64,000 nucleotides of DNA, from NCBI GenBank assembly GCA_030141605.1, contig JAQGDQ010000092.1, positions 186,001 through 250,000 on the forward strand. Direction: 5' to 3'. Both the position numbers and the translations under genes were made by a program. The stretch comes from Tubiluchus corallicola. Its lineage: Eukaryota > Animalia > Priapulida. Positions 26,661 through 38,789 of the stretch are shown here, piece after piece (within the stretch, counting starts at the first letter, position 1; the number at the start of each line of letters is the position of its first letter). The notes beneath the pieces were generated by a model. That model did no database searches. It was not told where the DNA came from and worked only from the letters and a program-made list of their open reading frames with translations.

Positions 26661-29059
26661 TTAAGCTTTTAGATTTTTTTGTACATCAACTAGAGTGAAC
26701 GGGGCGATTTTGTTACATCATTAGACTTTCATTTTACTGATGAAATTATCTTGTCTGCTTTGTTTTTCTGTGCCGTTTTATTTACAGGTCTTTTTGACAA
26801 GCTGGTTTTTGCTAGTGTGTAACAAAGTATGCGAAGAATGTCCTAGTAAAGACTCAAGATAGGACACAAAGAAACTTATCAATTTACGCAGCACTACGTA
26901 CTTTACAGATATGATTAGAATTTATAATGTCATTTTTGACAACATATAGCTGGGGCTGTTGTCAAGAAAACCAGAGTAACAAAATTAATCATCTATTATG
27001 TCACCACCAAAACTTGAACGTAACCTGAAAAATAAAATTAGCGAGAACTTAAAAAATATCACAGCAAACTCAACGCAGTAAATAGAATTACATGACTAGA
27101 AATATGAATTATTTGAAAATTTAGCAAGCAGCACCAGTTATATTTAAGATTAAAATCTATATTTGTTCAGAGAATGATAACATGGCATGATTAACAAGAA
27201 TAATGCTCATGCGTAAAAGTAATCATTCATTTATTATTAATAAAGAAAAAATATCAGTCAAGCATCAAATGTAATCACAATATAGACGACGAGCCATGAA
27301 TATGAGATATAGAGTAATAATATCAGGTAATAATATTTTAAAACACCAAGCAAATGGTCTATATTATTTGATCTAAGAGGCGTAAATGACAGAGATTAAA
27401 ATATATTTTGTCAATTTAAGTAAGTTGGGTTTGCCACTGCCAAACAAACAGTGCTTATTAGGTGTTATGTTAGGTAGGACAGAATGATGTGAAAAAATGT
27501 ACTGTACGATAAAAATGCTTCATTTAAATAAAACCACAACTGCATTCAAAATTACGAAATACAATCATTTATAATATGCAGCAACTCGTGAAATAATTAA
27601 GGATGGAATTTCGCGATTACTGAACATTAGAATTTAGAACATCAGAACCTTAGAACGTCACGAGTAAATTTAAGGTATTACTTCCATTAGATAACCGCAT
27701 ATGAGAAACTATCTTGGTCATATGCTTTCTAAAGATTTTTCTGATTATTTAAACGCAAGTAACCAGGATCTAATCACTAGATCCAATACTATGCGATATA
27801 AGCAGGTTATTTGGCCTCTGAGCGTCTCCCCCAGATCATTGATTTGATGATTTTTTATGTAAACATTTGTTTTTCAACTATTGTTTCTGTGTAATGTGAA
27901 ATAAATTAAATTAACTAAAATTTATTTTTGGTTCATAAAATGTGTGAAAATTACGTGGGGAAGTTTGCAATTTCTTGTAGACAGTAATTCGCAGAGCAGT
28001 TCATGCTTGCGAATTTGCTGCCAGAGAGAAAACTCTCGTTAGAAAGCTCGCTAGTCTGAACTCGCCTTAGGAGAACAATTCTTGCATTAAATATTCAGCG
28101 ACACAGATAGCATTCAAGAGTTGGTAGGGGGCGTGGTTGAGCTTGCTAGTGTTGAACGGCATGGAAAATGGAAAGTGGACTTCCCAGGTATGGAAAGTGG
28201 ACCACCTGCATGGTCAAGTATAGTGTCAGAGAAGCTGATGTGGCATCTATTGCCAATAAGACAATTAACTCACCTGCTTATTCGAATTACTGGCGTCAGT
28301 TTTCATTTTTGCGGTGGTGTTCAATCCAACTTTCCAAGCGATGGGGAGTAATATCGTAAAGGAAACAGTTCTTGAACGTACATTTGGCTGTAAACTCCAA
28401 TTAGTCCACGAAATGTACTACATCTTGTCTGCCATTAGGATGTATGCCTATTAACTGTAGTCAGAGCTAAAAACTCCCATTTGTCCACAGGTTACATTGT
28501 AGCAAATTGCATTGTCTGCTGGTAAAGCGACCTGAAAAAACGTCTTTACTTCACAGCGAAACATGTATTATGTATGTTGAAGATTAGGTGTGTCTTTCTC
28601 ATCCCGCAGTATTTACCGTATCTATTCATAACGCTAGATAAGCTTTTCTCTATATATAACCTATTTACAGAAACTCGAACAGACAAAACACAAACCGAGT
28701 TATATTGCGACTTGATAACCTAGACGCAAGTGGTGCATTAGAACCCGTTGGTAATACTACCCACCACTCAACAATATCGATAATGCGTGCACTCTACACG
28801 TAGTGTGAATGTATTATTGTCGGCCAGAGAACGAATGACTACTGAGAGAGTAGTCATAATCGGGTCAAAGCTCAGTAACACAAGGTCTAGTCTGTAAATG
28901 GATGGGTGTTGAAAATCATGCATTTGGGTGCTTTCGTGTGTCATATTATCTCATGCTATTCTTCTCTTTGAGTTTCTGGAACCTAAACAGTAAACAAGTT
29001 GAAATTATCAGGACAGCTTAAGCGGTTCAATTTCTTGTGTTACAAGATTACACTCTTAT

Positions 29060-29810
29060 GCAAAATTGCCAATGAGACAGTGATTAATTTGTCAAACAGG
29101 TTTAGAGCTAACAAGCTTTCGTTAACTGTCGACAAATCAAATTTCATAAATTTTACAGCAAAAAATAAAAATTATGTTAAAAATGATGTAAACATTGCAC
29201 TGAATGGACATTTTATAGTACAAGTTGTTAAAACAAAGTTTCTCGGAATAATAGTAGACGAATCACTATCGTGGAAGCAACACATAGATTATATTTGTTC
29301 TAAACAAGGCTGTAAGAATTAAGAAGAATTTAAGTAAAATTCTGAAAAGAGTCAGTTTAGCAAAGTTGCATTATACATTTGCCTACCCATATTTTGAATA
29401 TTGCAATACCGTGTGGGCTATGTATATGCTTCTACTTTCGACAGGTTAAACAAATTACAAGGAAAGTTAACTAGAATTATTATTCGGATTACAGAGCTCA
29501 TACAAATATTTTATTTAAGCAGCTTAATATTTTAAAAGTTAATGATATTATATGTACGAAAGTTATCTGCTTTATTCACAAACAATTTAATGATATGCTT
29601 CCTAATATTCTTAGTAATTTATTTATAAGAAACAATACACTTTATGTATATATTCAATGATTACTAGGCAGTTCAACGATTACCATAATACCAAAAGTAA
29701 GAACTGAACTTATAAAACATTTTATTGGTTATCAGGGTCCTGTTTCATGGAATAACGTTTTCAAAGAAACGCGGTCGTGCTTTAAAAAGAAAATGAATAT
29801 TATAGTTTAA
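29060..29810 (+). mobile_element. 5'-truncated CR1/L2-like LINE (RT C-terminal region)
   Basis: NRFRANKLSLTVDKSNFINF...KTKFLGIIVDESLSWKQHIDYICSK, then broken frames LHYTFAYPYFEYCNTVWA and GYQGPVSWN. Confidence 0.85.
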
Positions 29811-30939
29811 TATTTTTATACTGCTAATTGACTTTTATTGAACACTTTTTTTACTTTCAATATTGGAACGTTTTTTTTTATTTATTTTAGTGAATTTAGC
29901 TTTATAAGTCTTTTAACTCCATACCCTGCCATAGTTTTTATTATGCAAATGATGTAAAGTATTTTATTGATTAGAACTGTATTTTTATGTAAATTTTTTA
30001 TTACGTATTAACACATAATTTCCACTTTTATTTTTATTTATATTTACTGATGTAAATTCGGAATTGTATGTATGCATGTTTTTTTGGTAATAAACTTAAA
30101 ATTAAACTTAATAAACTATATTCCGATCCCTCCGCAACAATCACGTTAAACACGTATGCGTTAAATGCTAGAACCCAACTTGCAGCACGCCGAGCTGCAT
30201 GAAACACCATTTCGCCAGCCAAAACTGCTTATTTTACGGGTGACCAAATGACAATGGACCACTACTTATTCAACCAAAGAACTTTTAATTGCTTGCGACA
30301 AGTACGATTGTAGATTTGAGATGATTTATTGAACATTAATTAATGCGTAAATTACGAGGTTAGTAATGCCAAAGACAAACTGAAGTAGGACTACGGGACA
30401 TCAAATATACTAGCACGTTTGAACTGTAGTGACAAATCTATTAATCTACATTAACAACATGTTGTGTAACATTTCCGCCACGATAGTCACACTTAATTAT
30501 AGACCATGAGACCGTATTTATGTTGTAAATATTACACTTACATTTATTACCGTGTTGTGTACAACAATGGTACATTACCGTGTGGCAACAAATTTAGAAA
30601 CAGTAGGTTATTAAGATCACATTAAGTTCCAAAGATAATTTTCTGTTTTAAACCTCACGTAGGTTAGGATGAAAACGAAATTACTGGTAAGTATTGTTAA
30701 CAATACTATTGTAAGTACCGATAATAATTTTATAGTCGTTTTTTTAACTGCATGATTTACTTACTAATCAAAGCATATCTAACAGGTTAGCTCCTTTACC
30801 ATTTAGACAATGTTAAAGTAATATAACAACGCCTGTTAGTATACTAATAAAAGCATATTTAACAGGCTATATCCTTTTATTATTTAGATACCATTAAAGA
30901 AACTTAATGACACCTAATACTGTTCACATACTATATTAA

Positions 30940-31360
30940 CATAACGCTTATTATAAGAACTAAAAGTCTCTCGAATGAAGAAAGGCAAGTTGCTTCTACA
31001 GTTTCCACATAACGGACTAACAAGCACTCGAATCCGTATGCATGGCAGCTTGGCGACTTCATTACTTCTGGAATCGCACCACATGTTTTTGTGTTTATCA
31101 CGGGCTCAATTTGTATATCGTACTCGCTTCCATGCGGGAGGTTATAGGTTCGTCTCCGCAGTTGTGTAATACCAAAAATTTTTGAAATGCCAGATACTCT
31201 TTCTTTGTTAAACATTCGGAGTATCAGAGTAATAGCCCACGTGATCTTTTTGTTAGCAACCCCGAGGAATGGTTGTGCTGGTCCATGTTTCACCTAGGTT
31301 TTTTGCAAGGGGTTTGGACAACGCTTTTATGCCGTAGAAGATTTGGCTCCTTTTTCATCA
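30940..31360 (-). mobile_element. Degenerate LINE 3' fragment (CR1/L2-like ORF2 C-terminus)
   Basis: ORF 30931-31293 has TYNLPHGSEYDI...NTKTCG...EATCLSSFERLL, resembling the YNLR...T..YG...A.SL..FK end of these RTs. Confidence 0.5.
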
Positions 31361-32429
31361 AATTTTAATAGCACATGTTTTTTTAATTAAGTTTAATTTA
31401 AATTTGTAAATTTGTGCACATGTGTATTTCTGTATGGTGCATTTACCGACATCGGGTCCGGAATAAAAAAATAAAACAATATGTATACACACGTACGCAC
31501 ACACACATATATACGCACATATATATATATATGTATATATGTATGTGTGCGTGTATATGTACATATATCATATGTGCATATAGAGGTCCGAGAGGGAAAA
31601 ATTAAATATGTAAGTAACTGCTCTGCTAGAGTTTCTCAATGCAAAAATTTGACTTCGAGAAAATCGGGAGTGTTTGGAAACCAATTGTGAAAGGTCATGA
31701 GGATATGTTTCACAAAAGTAGCGATAAAAAAGGTCTAATATACGAACAGACCTTCGACAAGCAAGTGACTGCATGGTTCACCTCATATGAGACCCAACCA
31801 GACTGACAGTACGATTTTTGCGAATACAGCCAAAGATGTTGCCTGCATGCAAAGTGCCACTCAGTGTCTATTCAGGAGTTAGATACCTTCCAGTGTATAT
31901 CAGCAGTACTACATAGCCTTGGGGTATTTCTGTATATCGTTTAATTATAAATAGCTTTCATTTTCGGATACAGTTTATGAATTTTAATTAAAGTATTTAC
32001 ATTATCTGCTATAATGCGAAAGTTAAAGTATTTGCTTAATAGGTCAATAGTATAAAAAGGTCGCATTCTCAGTAAAGTAAAAACTACACGATCGTCAGCG
32101 TTGCTTTTCTTTTTAAGATGGTACTTTTTCAGATTTCGGATAAGAAATATCTTCTTTACTATGCAGTGATAATACTTTGAGATAAATGCAACCAGATAAT
32201 TATATAGATACATACACACAATTATATATAACACGTAGGTTTAAGAACAGTTTTCATTAACTCTGTGAGAATTAATGGCGTCTACTGCAAGTATACCATG
32301 CATGTGATAGTGACACCTAATATTTTATGATTATTAATGGAAATTTATAGTCCTTCACATTGAACACTAACAAAAGTGACATATGAATATATTTTAGCTT
32401 TTAAATTTCTTTAAAATACACTAAGTAAA

Positions 32430-32532
32430 TAAGTGAATAAGTGAGTGAGTGAGTGAGTGAGTGAGTAATTAAGTAGTAATTAAGTAAAAGTAAGTAAGTA
32501 AGCAAGGAAGCAAGGAAGCAACTAAGTAACTA
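32430..32532. repeat. (GAGT)n/(AAGT)n tetranucleotide repeats
   Basis: Directly visible. Confidence 0.85.
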
Positions 32533-32814
32533 AAAGTTTTTCAGTGCAAGCATTAGGCCTAGCTATACAACAGAGGTAGTATACAATGTAGTACAGAAAA
32601 AAATGTTACATAAACAATAGTTACAAAATACAAAGTCTTCTTACATAATGAACCTACTTTTGAAACTGTTACTTTTCGGTTTCAATAATTATATATATTT
32701 TAATTACTTTTTTATTGCTTAATAAATGTTAATCACGTACTTGATTTTAATAGTTATCTTTCGTTTGATGCTTGTCTAGTAAGTGACAATCGTAAACAAT
32801 TATGTAATCGATAA

Positions 32815-34121
32815 AAGGCTAAACTGGTTTCTTCTTCAGTACGTTTATTTGCATAAATTTTATGTTCATCAGGTTAAAAAGTTTTTTGTTATTTGTAGCT
32901 GATCCTCATTATTTGCTTCGTGACGTGCGTATCAGGTTTTGGTGACAATCCAGGTAATTTAAGAAACTCTGTAATTGTTTTGTTTTCTTTTATTTTGAAA
33001 ATTTATTGTGAATTCTAATCGCCAGTTTATTAATAGTGCTTATAAATTAAATTGATAAATTAACTAATTTATAGCGCTTGTTTAGTGACTAGTGGCGCGA
33101 GCGCGAAATTGTGTTTGTGTGGCAATAATTCTTTCGCGTAAGTCATTTTTGAAAAAATAGTAATTCCTGTCAATATTTTAAAGAGTAGATTGTTTTGACC
33201 TACAGTTTAAGATTGGGTTCGTTTTTGCTTTAAGGTCGATTGGCGATAAGGTTGCACAATATATAGTAACTTTAAATGGATTCAAATTCACGTTTTTCTG
33301 GTAATTTTAGAAGTAGACTTCGACATAGAAGATCATTTGACCGACGATGAACTCGCTTTACGGGAGGAACACGAAGAAAGAAGGGAAAATTTGACTGGCA
33401 TTCTTCTGCCATCATTTCTAATTGACGGTTTGTTAGTCCACATTTCCGTTTTTGCTACTCGATGAGCTACGCTGTTCAGAAAGTTAATCACACAAGCATT
33501 CAGTCAGTTAGTCAGTAGGGATATAGTTCAATAGTTAGCTAAACTGTCAACGAGTGTTTCAAAGCTTGTGGTATTTTTGTGATATTTGAACTTAAATATT
33601 AAAAGCTTAAAAGCAACGTTTAACTTGGGGTTTGTCGTTAGTCCTATTTCCTTTTTTCCCAGAAAACTCGGAAACTCCAAAAGTTGGTGAAATCTTCTCG
33701 AATATAAATAAAAGTATACACGTGAGTTAAAAATTAACCGAACTTTCATTAAATCCACGTACTGTACCTGTAACTAAATGCCGCTTTTCTCTATCTTAAC
33801 AAAGATTAGATGAATAGAAATTAAAATTGAAGTCTATTGCACAGTCTGCATTGTATATTAAAACTGCAGTTTTGCTGATATTGTGTAATAATTGCAGGAG
33901 CGCACAATATGCCGGACCTTACGGTTACAGAGGGGCAAATAGAATTTATAATAGAACTGTTCAACTTCTCCTTTGACACTAGTGACCTGCATGATGATCG
34001 TCTACTGGAATTTACCAAATGTGAATACATTGCGGAACATAGAACATATGATTTTGTAGAACGCCAGAAAGGGGTTGCTTTGCGGCAGCAGTTGTTGTTT
34101 TTCGCTTCTAGCCACCACTAA
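32815..34121 (+). CDS. Putative small secreted acidic protein (~139 aa); exons 32815-32838, 32899-32953, 33311-33427, 33898-34121; start codon unclear (AAG where ATG is expected)
   Basis: All three introns are GT-AG and phase-compatible (0,1,1). Hydrophobic signal-like LILIICFVTCVSG, acidic middle exon, terminal exon ending in TAA with AATAAA at 34154-34159. No recognised homolog. Confidence 0.55.
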
Positions 34122-34382
34122 AAATAATCTCATTTATTACTTTGTTGAGATGAAATAAAGATGCTATTTTGTTTAATTGCGACACGGTGGTTGTATGTTC
34201 AATTCGCTTTAAATTCGTTTTATTTTGTTTTCCTTTGCTTTTCTCTATACAATCCGTTTCTTACTGTCGTGTCCAGGACCTGTCCTGTGCTGCTCAGCTC
34301 TAATCCATTCTGTTTTGCAATTTGCCGGGTATTTCTGGTCTGCTTGTATCTGCTAACTCTCCTCTTCTGCTCTCCTTTTTCT

Positions 34383-34386
<4 letters not shown>

Positions 34387-34435
<49 letters not shown>
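34387..34435. repeat. (CT)n microsatellite
   Basis: Directly visible. Confidence 0.97.
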
Positions 34436-34436
<1 letters not shown>

Positions 34437-34909
34437 AAATAATAATAATAATAATTTCATGTTTTTGTAAGTTTGTGTGATTTGTTTGTATTGTTTTTTA
34501 TTTTTATGATGCTGCATGTTGGATATATGTAAATTATAATATGAACTTGTGTTAGACACAAAGCAATAAATCAAATCTCTCTGTGTCGCTCTCCCTCTCT
34601 CTTTGGCTCTCTCCCGCTTCTAATGGGTCCCTTTGCTAGAGTCTGCATTGTGATATTTTTTTATTTTTTATGGCGGCAGCATTGAAGCAAGTTGCCTTCC
34701 GCCGAGCAGAATTCGTAAAAGTAAAATGAGTATTAATTATGGGTGTCACCCACGGTTACGTTAATTTATAACTGTTTATAAGCCTATTATATAATCAAGC
34801 CATCGGTCTCAGTGCACACGTGTTAGCAATCAAACCGACTTGAATTTATTTAAATTATACGTAGCCAATTTAAGAAAAGAGAACGGCAGTTTGTAATAAA
34901 AATAACAAC

Positions 34910-34915
34910 TTTATT
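34910..34915 (-). promoter_or_regulatory. Candidate neurexin polyadenylation signal (3' UTR about 1.3 kb)
   Basis: AATAAA on the minus strand followed by U/GU-rich sequence. Weak evidence in AT-rich DNA. Confidence 0.3.
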
Positions 34916-36242
34916 AACATTGCAACAATATACGTTTCTAGTTTTCAAGAAGCATCTGCACAACGTGAAATGTTCTCATATCATTTTCAATAATTACTTT
35001 CATCACAATTAAAAGTAGTACAAAACGGTTTCTATACTAACGTTACGCGTTCTCGCACACACACGTTGTTGTTACATTTCAGGTAACAATATCCGATAAT
35101 TACAAAACATATTTTTATTTTCTTCCTTGACATGATTTTCTTTTCATTTTTACAAAATTTTAGGTTGCTATAGTATACAGTATGACTGCGCAAGAGCACA
35201 TAGCGTCTGTGTTGTATTTATTATTTGTACACAGGTCTTAAGTAAATATCACAAACCGCCTGGAAAATATTACAATACTATATTTATTAAATTTAAATAA
35301 GGTGGACATGACGGAGGAAGTGGGAATCCAAATATAAAATTACGCCTTTTCCCTTTCACTTTTTTCTCGCTTTTTACAAAGTTGCCAGCCAAATCTGTTA
35401 TTGAATATGTTGCTGTTGTAATTTTTGCAATTATTCGCCCCCTCACCCATCGAAATAACTCCCAAAACTTTTTTGTTTGATAGGAAAGTGTAAGTTCTTA
35501 AGTTCTGTAGAAAGGTTTAGTGCTAATAAAGAAATTTGCTAAATTAACAGTCCCCGATTACAAGTGATGTCTTAAGGATGGCTTAAGAAAAGTTCAATCT
35601 CATTATGAATGTATTTCTTCGCAGAACACACTAAATACAGTTTTGCAGGACAAACACAGTGTTTTCTGGGCAAAACAAAAAAGATCTGCTTCGACCATCA
35701 CTTTGACTCAATTTTTTATATCATGCCAGTTATGATGCTATATGGTACTCTTCACGCTTGTTCTTGGAACTTTTTAACGTTTTTCCTTGATGCTAATTAG
35801 TTAAGCCATTGCGTATTACTTTGTTCAAATAAAAAGAGATAGTGAATCCTACTGAAGCCAAGCAGTAAGCACTCAAATAGTAACACATCGTTCTTATCAA
35901 TTGTTAACTTTCATTTGGCCTCAGTTGGGCAATTACGAAAGTTAGCTTGCTCCAATCATACACATTCTGCCCTTATTCTTTTCTCCTTATTTTTTCCTCT
36001 TTACTCAACTCAGAACAGTTTATGGCTGGGCGCAGTCATCCTTTTCTTAACTCGTGGACTTTTTTATCATGTCTCTATGGCGCAAAAGAGAGGGTAACCT
36101 TCCAGGATCCATCCCCTTACTTTTTCCTCAAAACATGCGCCTGAAACTGGAAATTACGTATCACATCACAATTCCAGAAGCACCCGCTGCTTTTTCCAAA
36201 CAACTTGGCACAATTTTTGGCAACCACAAACACTAAACCCCG

Positions 36243-36808
36243 TCACACGTACCATTCTTGCATGTCTTTTTTGCGTAAAAACCTGGGTTTTTCTGATCTT
36301 GGCCTTCTACTTCTTGGAACATGCCTACCCGGAATATCCCCATTTGTAAGAGGCATTGAAGCAGTAGGAGTAATACCATCTGGAGCAAACTTGGAGTTGA
36401 TGCTCTCATCAATCTTATAAGAACCTTCACTGCCACAACAACAACGATAAATGACAACAATAATGAGTAAAAAAGCTATTAATCCAGCAACGCCAAGACC
36501 AATAATAATACTCCTCATTGCAGGTTTCAAATGATTAGACGTCATTATGTCTTTTAGTCTTGTAGAAGAGGTATCATTATTATTTGAGCTTTGAAGTGTT
36601 GTTGTAGACAATTTGGTAGTAGTCTTCGAAGGGATTGGTGTAGTAGTGTAATGCTCAACTTCATTGGCAGCACCTTTGGCTTCTCCATTTGATACAGAAT
36701 TGCCATCACTGAAGGGAGTTGTTGAGGCAATAAAAAAATCATCTGGTGTTTGAGTAGCTGGTGTTGGCACTTTATTGTTTCCTGACCCGTATTGCCTTGT
36801 ATCTTCAT
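36243..36808 (-). CDS. NRXN1: Neurexin terminal exon: Ser/Thr-rich stalk end, transmembrane helix, cytoplasmic tail with PDZ-binding EWYV
   Basis: Acceptor ttttag|AT GAA (phase 1). TM SIIIGLGVAGLIAFLLIIVVIY, juxtamembrane EGSYKIDES, C-terminus KKDMQEWYV*. Confidence 0.95.
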
Positions 36809-36918
36809 CTAAAATAAAAGTAACTATGTTATGCAAGAGCCTGGTAATTGTGATTAGTATCAAATGGTTTGATGGGACGTTGTGACTACAATACACATTC
36901 GTAACGGTATTGGCATAC

Positions 36919-37041
36919 CTCCTGAACCTTCACATAATTCACTATCTTCATAACCACAATCGTCACGTCGTTTTGGTGCATCTAGTTTGGGAATTGAAAC
37001 CGTGGTGGTTGGAAAACCAAACACGTCAGCTTTCAGGTCAT
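36919..37041 (-). CDS. NRXN1: Neurexin stalk exon with Cys-loop (not in the ORF track)
   Basis: ttccag|AT GAC...GGA G|gtatgc, 123 nt, phase 1-1. Encodes DDLKADVFGFPTTTVSIPKLDAPKRRDDCGYEDSELCEGSG. Confidence 0.85.
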
Positions 37042-37054
37042 CTGGAATGGTAAC

Positions 37055-37165
37055 AACTAGTGAATCTGGTATGTACTATTCTTATCTGTAATTCTAAAAC
37101 GCTACCTTAACTAATGAATCTGGTATGTACTATTCTTATATGTAACTCTGAAACTCTACTTTAAC
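37055..37165. repeat. 54-bp tandem duplication next to a neurexin splice acceptor
   Basis: gaatctggtatgtactattcttat at 37062 and 37116. Confidence 0.85.
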
Positions 37166-37280
37166 TCTAAAATGCAATTTTAACTATTTTAACAATAGTT
37201 ATTGAAATTCTAAATGATCATTGCAATCTAAAAAACGTAAATATATTAAACGTAAATATATTAAAAGTCATCTAAATTAC

Positions 37281-37859
37281 CTATTCCAGCCTTTTGGTGG
37301 TTGTCGCAATTACTGTCATCCTTTTTGCATGGTGCACCATCACTCTCAATGACCAGTTTGCCTTTATCACCAATCATTGACTCAGTGTTACTACTTGTGT
37401 TATTTGCAGATGATTCAAGCGAATCGTCTTCACTATTTGTACTATACGTAGATTCTGGATTCCCTCCAGAGTCATTTATTTTCACATTCTCATTATCACT
37501 AACATGTGCTTTATATTTGTTATTTTTATATTTCAAATGAGCCTTAGTCGTATTAAACACTAAAGATGTTGTTGCAATAGACACAGTTGTTATGGTTGTT
37601 GAGGTCTCGTAAAATGGTGTGGTAGGTGGCTCTGCAGGTAGCCAATCACGTGGGCTAAACCGAAGTTCTAAATCTACTGCGCCGTCTTTTGATACATGTG
37701 GATCACCAGTGACAGCCAAATCAAGTATTGAAAGATGGTTGTATACGAGACCATTGATAATTCCGCTGAATGGTTGATCTATCGCGCCTAGTCTATGACG
37801 ACTCTTTTTTCCACCAACCATAATTCTCCATTGCGCATTGAACATTCCCAATTGCTTGC
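37281..37859 (-). CDS. NRXN1: Neurexin exon: end of LNS6, mucin-like stalk, first Cys-loop
   Basis: taatag|GC AAG...ATA G|gtaatt. Encodes GKQLGMFNAQWRIMVGG...PFSGIINGLVYNHLSILDLA...CKKDDSNC. Confidence 0.92.
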
Positions 37860-38099
37860 CTATTAAAAATACGACATTACTCAATTAGTTAAATATTTGA
37901 CACTGACTAGAGTGATACATACCAATCCAGTTATGCAACAACCGCTAACGGAAGTGATAATGAAACTGATAATAACTGTAAGTCGAATATCTTAAGCATT
38001 CTGCTAGCTTAAACATTAGAATTGCTAGTACAATAAGGGAAATGTAGTCAAAGAAGAAAATGAACAAATAATTTTTATTGATGTGACTAAATATAATGA

Positions 38100-38380
38100 A
38101 CTGCAGTCAAGGACTACTATACTACAGGACGTGCACGCTGAAATCTCTGATTCGGCTAGCGGAGGCGATCTATTTTTAACATTTAGTGCTAATAATTTGG
38201 ACATATATTAAATATAATACTCGCTATCTACCGATCCGCCCATTCTTTAATTTAAAAGATCACTACTCTCTAAAGCGCACTATTTATAGATTACGTTCAT
38301 GCAAGTATTGATCGCCTCCGCTAGCCGAATCAGAGATTTCAGCGTGCACGTCCTGTAGTATAGTAGTCCTTGACTGCAGT
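38100..38380. mobile_element. Young MITE-like element with perfect 71-bp inverted repeats, in a neurexin intron
   Basis: 38100-38170 is the exact reverse complement of 38310-38380, with a 139-bp spacer. Confidence 0.85.
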
Positions 38381-38443
38381 ATAAAAAACAATAGTAACTA
38401 GAAAAAGCACAAACAAATTTTATGACAGTAAAATATTTTCTAC

Positions 38444-38615
38444 CTTCTGGCGTGACATTTCTTTGAGGAAAGTCATCCACCTCAAGTGTAGCATTTGCCC
38501 GATCACGCTTAAATCTTATCACATGGTATAAGTTGTCATTTATGAAAACGGACGGCACAGATATGCTGTTTTCGTTTGATCCCATGTCGTACGTAACGTG
38601 TACCTCTCCATTTAG
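38444..38615 (-). CDS. NRXN1: Neurexin LNS6 exon
   Basis: ttgtag|CTA AAT GGA...GAA G|gtagaa. Encodes LNGEVHVTYDMG...INDNLYHVIRFKRDRANATLEVD. Confidence 0.92.
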
Positions 38616-38789
38616 CTACAAGACAAATAAAAAATATACACTATTATAGTTTAAGAGAAAATTTTTCTCTTGCAGAATATTAGAATTGAGACAAATATAA
38701 TACAACAAAGTAGCTTTTTCCCCTCCAATTCAACGGTAGTGCCCTCAGTATGCTGAATTAAGCAGGCTGTTCAAGTAAGCCGGTGAGTT

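Noticed and set aside
37923-37975. Candidate SS4 insert exon (donor gtatgt at 37922)
   Set aside because: The possible acceptors give 43 or 53 nt, out of frame, with no resemblance to an SS4 insert.
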